From: Octopus bimaculoides
Taxonomy: Eukaryota
Assembly (NCBI RefSeq): GCF_001194135.2
Contig: NC_069003.1
Coordinates: forward strand, 16,680,724 to 16,719,733
DNA length: 39,010 bases
Direction: 5' to 3'
The notes under the pieces were generated by a model. That model was not told the DNA's origin. It saw only the letters and a list, made by a program, of their open reading frames with translations, and ran no database searches. The position numbers and the translations under genes are program-made. Shown here piece by piece: positions 36,837-39,010 of this stretch. Positions within the stretch are counted from its first letter, which is position 1. The number at the start of each line of letters is the position of its first letter.

Positions 36837-36964
36837 CTGGATGGTGTTTAATTCAGACTTAAATTCCAAAGATTTTGGTCCAGGAATTGCTGTTTGTATT
36901 ATTGGAAAATCTGGTTCTCTTGGGTTTAATTTTGCAGCAGTTGAGGCAGCAAGTGTTCTTTTGC
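36837..36964 (-). CDS. ABAT: ABAT-like exon, 128 nt: (G)KRTLAASTAAKLNPREPDFPIIQTAIPGPKSLEFKSELNTIQ
   Basis: tttcag acceptor, gtatgt donor; matches the N-terminal EPxxPxxxTxIPGPKS motif; starts in phase 1, ends in phase 0. Confidence 0.92.
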
Positions 36965-37064
36965 CTGAAATTATAAAGTTTTGAGAAAATGGTCAGAGTA
37001 ATAAACAGTATTTGGTTGCATTGTGAGCATTGTATCCTTGAGCAAGACAATGAGTGGCCTAATG

Positions 37065-37434
37065 AAAGAAAGAGGCACTCAACACATTTGGTAGAAGTTA
37101 CATATATTATTATTTTTAAATAGTTTGATTTGGCTCCATGCAACTTAAAGTTTTGTAGATTCATCACAAGAACCTTACTCATCAGGTTCAGATGGCTGAA
37201 TTGGTTGCCTGAGCCTGATGAGCTAGGTTCCTGCCTGTCATCATTATCATGGACAGCATGTCTGTTGACACTATGCTGAATTTATTCTGACTACAACTAA
37301 CTGAAATAGTTTTGAGATCCTGTGGAATACAGTGTCTTGATCAGAGACACCGACCAAACATGGAGCCAAATGAAACTATTTTAAAATAATAATCTATGTA
37401 ACTTCTACAAAATGTGTTGAGTGCCTCTTTCTTT
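37065..37434. mobile_element. Unclassified MITE/foldback with 76-bp inverted arms and internal hairpins
   Basis: 37065-37140 vs 37359-37434: 72/76 identical as reverse complements. Confidence 0.75.
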
Positions 37435-37449
37435 TGTTTGTCTTCTCAC

Positions 37450-37615
37450 TCATATCATCATCATCATCATCATCATTTAACGTCTGTTGTCCATGCTGGC
37501 ATGGGTTGGACGGTTTGACCAGGGCTGGCAAGCTGGAATGCTGCACCAGACTCCAGTCTGTTTTGGTATGGTTTCTATGGGTGGATGCCCTTCCTAACGC
37601 CAACCACTCCAAGAA
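37450..37615 (-). mobile_element. RTE 3'-tail / SINE-like copy
   Basis: (ATC)n then AACGTCTG..CCATGCTGGCATGGGTTGGACGG...GATGCCCTTCCTAACGCCAACCACTCC. Confidence 0.88.
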
Positions 37616-37848
37616 TGTAATAGGTGATTTTATATATANNNNNNNNNNNNNNNNNNNNNNNNNNNNNNNNNNNNNNNNNNNNNNNNNNNNNNNNNNNNNN
37701 NNNNNNNNNNNNNNNNNNNNNNNNNNNNNNNNNNNNNNNNNNNNNNNNNNNNNNNNNNNNNNNNNNNNNNNNNNNNNNNNNNNNNNNNNNNNNNNNNNNN
37801 NNNNNNNNNNNNNNNNNNNNNNNNNNNNNNNNAAGAATGTAATAGGTG

Positions 37849-37886
<38 letters not shown>

Positions 37887-37944
37887 GCAAAAGGTTGCCC
37901 CAATTTCAAAGGTTAATAATAAGAAATCGGAGCAACCTTTCTGC

Positions 37945-38965
37945 TACACTCTGTATGAATATACGCAGGTATACTGTGCAGCATTGAATAGATCAACGTC
38001 AAGTTGCATCTGGATGTAAATACTCCTTCCAACATCCTCAAAGGCAACTTCCAACACTGCTGCATGACAGAGAGAGAAGAGTGCTGGAGCAAGTATGCAC
38101 CCTTGTTTAACTCCATTTATCACCACAAACTTGCTTGAAGTATTGCAATCTTGTACTACAAATGCTTGCATTCCTTCATGCAGAAACCTGACCATGTTGA
38201 TGAACATTCGAAGACATTCATGTTTCTTAAGAACTGGTCAAAGTCCATCATGGGATAGTGTATCAAAGGCCTTTCTGAAATCTATGGACACAGTATACAT
38301 AGGTATGTTATGCTTAATGCATTTTCCCTGAATTAGGCAAAGACAGATCATGTCTACAGAGCTTCTCCTGTAATGGAAGGCGTACTGAGTCTCAGGTAAG
38401 ACATTTGGACAGATATACTCATTTAGTCAGTTTAATATAATATGAGTGAAGATCTTCCCATCTATTGATAGAAGAAATATTTGTTGGTTGTTTTCATAGT
38501 CAACTCTACAATCTTTTTTGTTTTTTGAAGATAGAAATGATACTTGTGTCTTTCCAGTTTTGTGGAATAATATACTAGGAAACTGAAATCAGATTGATGG
38601 GAGACCAAAGCTGAAGAGCTACAGCAATATTCAGATAAAAATGATATGAAAGCATTTTACTCAAGACTTTGAGAGGTATACAGACCACATAGAAGAATCA
38701 TAACAAAACTCATAGCTCTTGACAGCAAAGCAGTACTCCAGGAAAAATCAGAGATCCTTCATAGATTCGCCAATTATTTTGACAGCCTGCTTAATATCCC
38801 AGGATTATGCTGCCCTTGAGAAGGTTACACAACAGCTAACAATACAATCCTTAGATGACAAACTTATTTACAAGGAACTCGATGATGCAATCAAACAAAT
38901 GAAAGAAAGTAAAGCACCTGGTATACCCACTGAAATCTGGAAGCTTGGAGGTGTAAAGCTTTTGT
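37945..38965. mobile_element. RTE LINE with internal inversion (37945-38570 on minus, 38580-38965 on plus)
   Basis: Minus: IPQNWKDTSIISIF...GKIFTHII...IDFRKAFD...GVKQGCILAPALF. Plus: KAEELQ..SDKNDMKAFY...KESKAPGIPTEIWKLGG. Confidence 0.88.
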
Positions 38966-39010
38966 ATGTATGTATGATGTATGTATGTATGTATATCTAA
39001 ATGTATATAT

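Larger units (their letters stand above)
7528..36964 (-). other. ABAT: GABA aminotransferase-like gene locus (class III PLP aminotransferase), 10 coding exons visible, 5' and 3' ends not in window
   Basis: The ten exons splice in frame to about 400 aa with ABAT hallmarks: GYNHP, FINRPALG, MACGSCS, HGRTMG, DWPMASFPRLRYPL, QGEGGDNHAS, DEVQTG, TFSKKM, RIYNTWLGDP. All acceptors are AG; all donors are GT except one GC. Confidence 0.96.

Noticed and set aside
37612-37860. Direct repeat AAGAATGTAATAGGTGATTTTATATATA on both sides of a gap
   Set aside because: Most likely a scaffolding overlap across a (TA)n tract

Overview
AT-rich, repeat-dense eukaryotic genomic DNA from a gapped draft assembly (six N-runs). 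The SINE/RTE-tail repertoire and microsatellite load look like an octopod cephalopod genome; this is an inference from remembered repeat sequences, not a database result. The one host gene is a 4-aminobutyrate (GABA) aminotransferase-like gene (ABAT family) on the minus strand. I traced ten coding exons by hand (36964 down to 7528; 1202 nt, about 400 codons, phases consistent). The first coding exon and the last two exons were not found and probably lie outside the window. Most of the rest is transposon DNA inside ABAT introns: six Penelope-like (GIY-YIG) retroelement remnants, several RTE LINEs, a truncated Gypsy element, Tc1/mariner elements, a Helentron-like HINE, MITE-like foldbacks and tRNA-derived SINEs. 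Most notable: (i) several substitutions at normally conserved PLP/substrate-pocket positions while the catalytic core is intact; (ii) a 13.6-kb GC-AG intron; (iii) a stop-free, in-frame His/Tyr-coding intron; (iv) a well-formed minimal type I hammerhead ribozyme motif at 71-129; (v) three Penelope copies with inverted pseudo-LTR structure; (vi) a twin-priming-like RTE inversion; (vii) a template-switch DUP-INV-DUP scar; (viii) an unclassified foldback family containing a pre-miRNA-sized hairpin. No CRISPR array, rRNA or true tRNA gene is supported.
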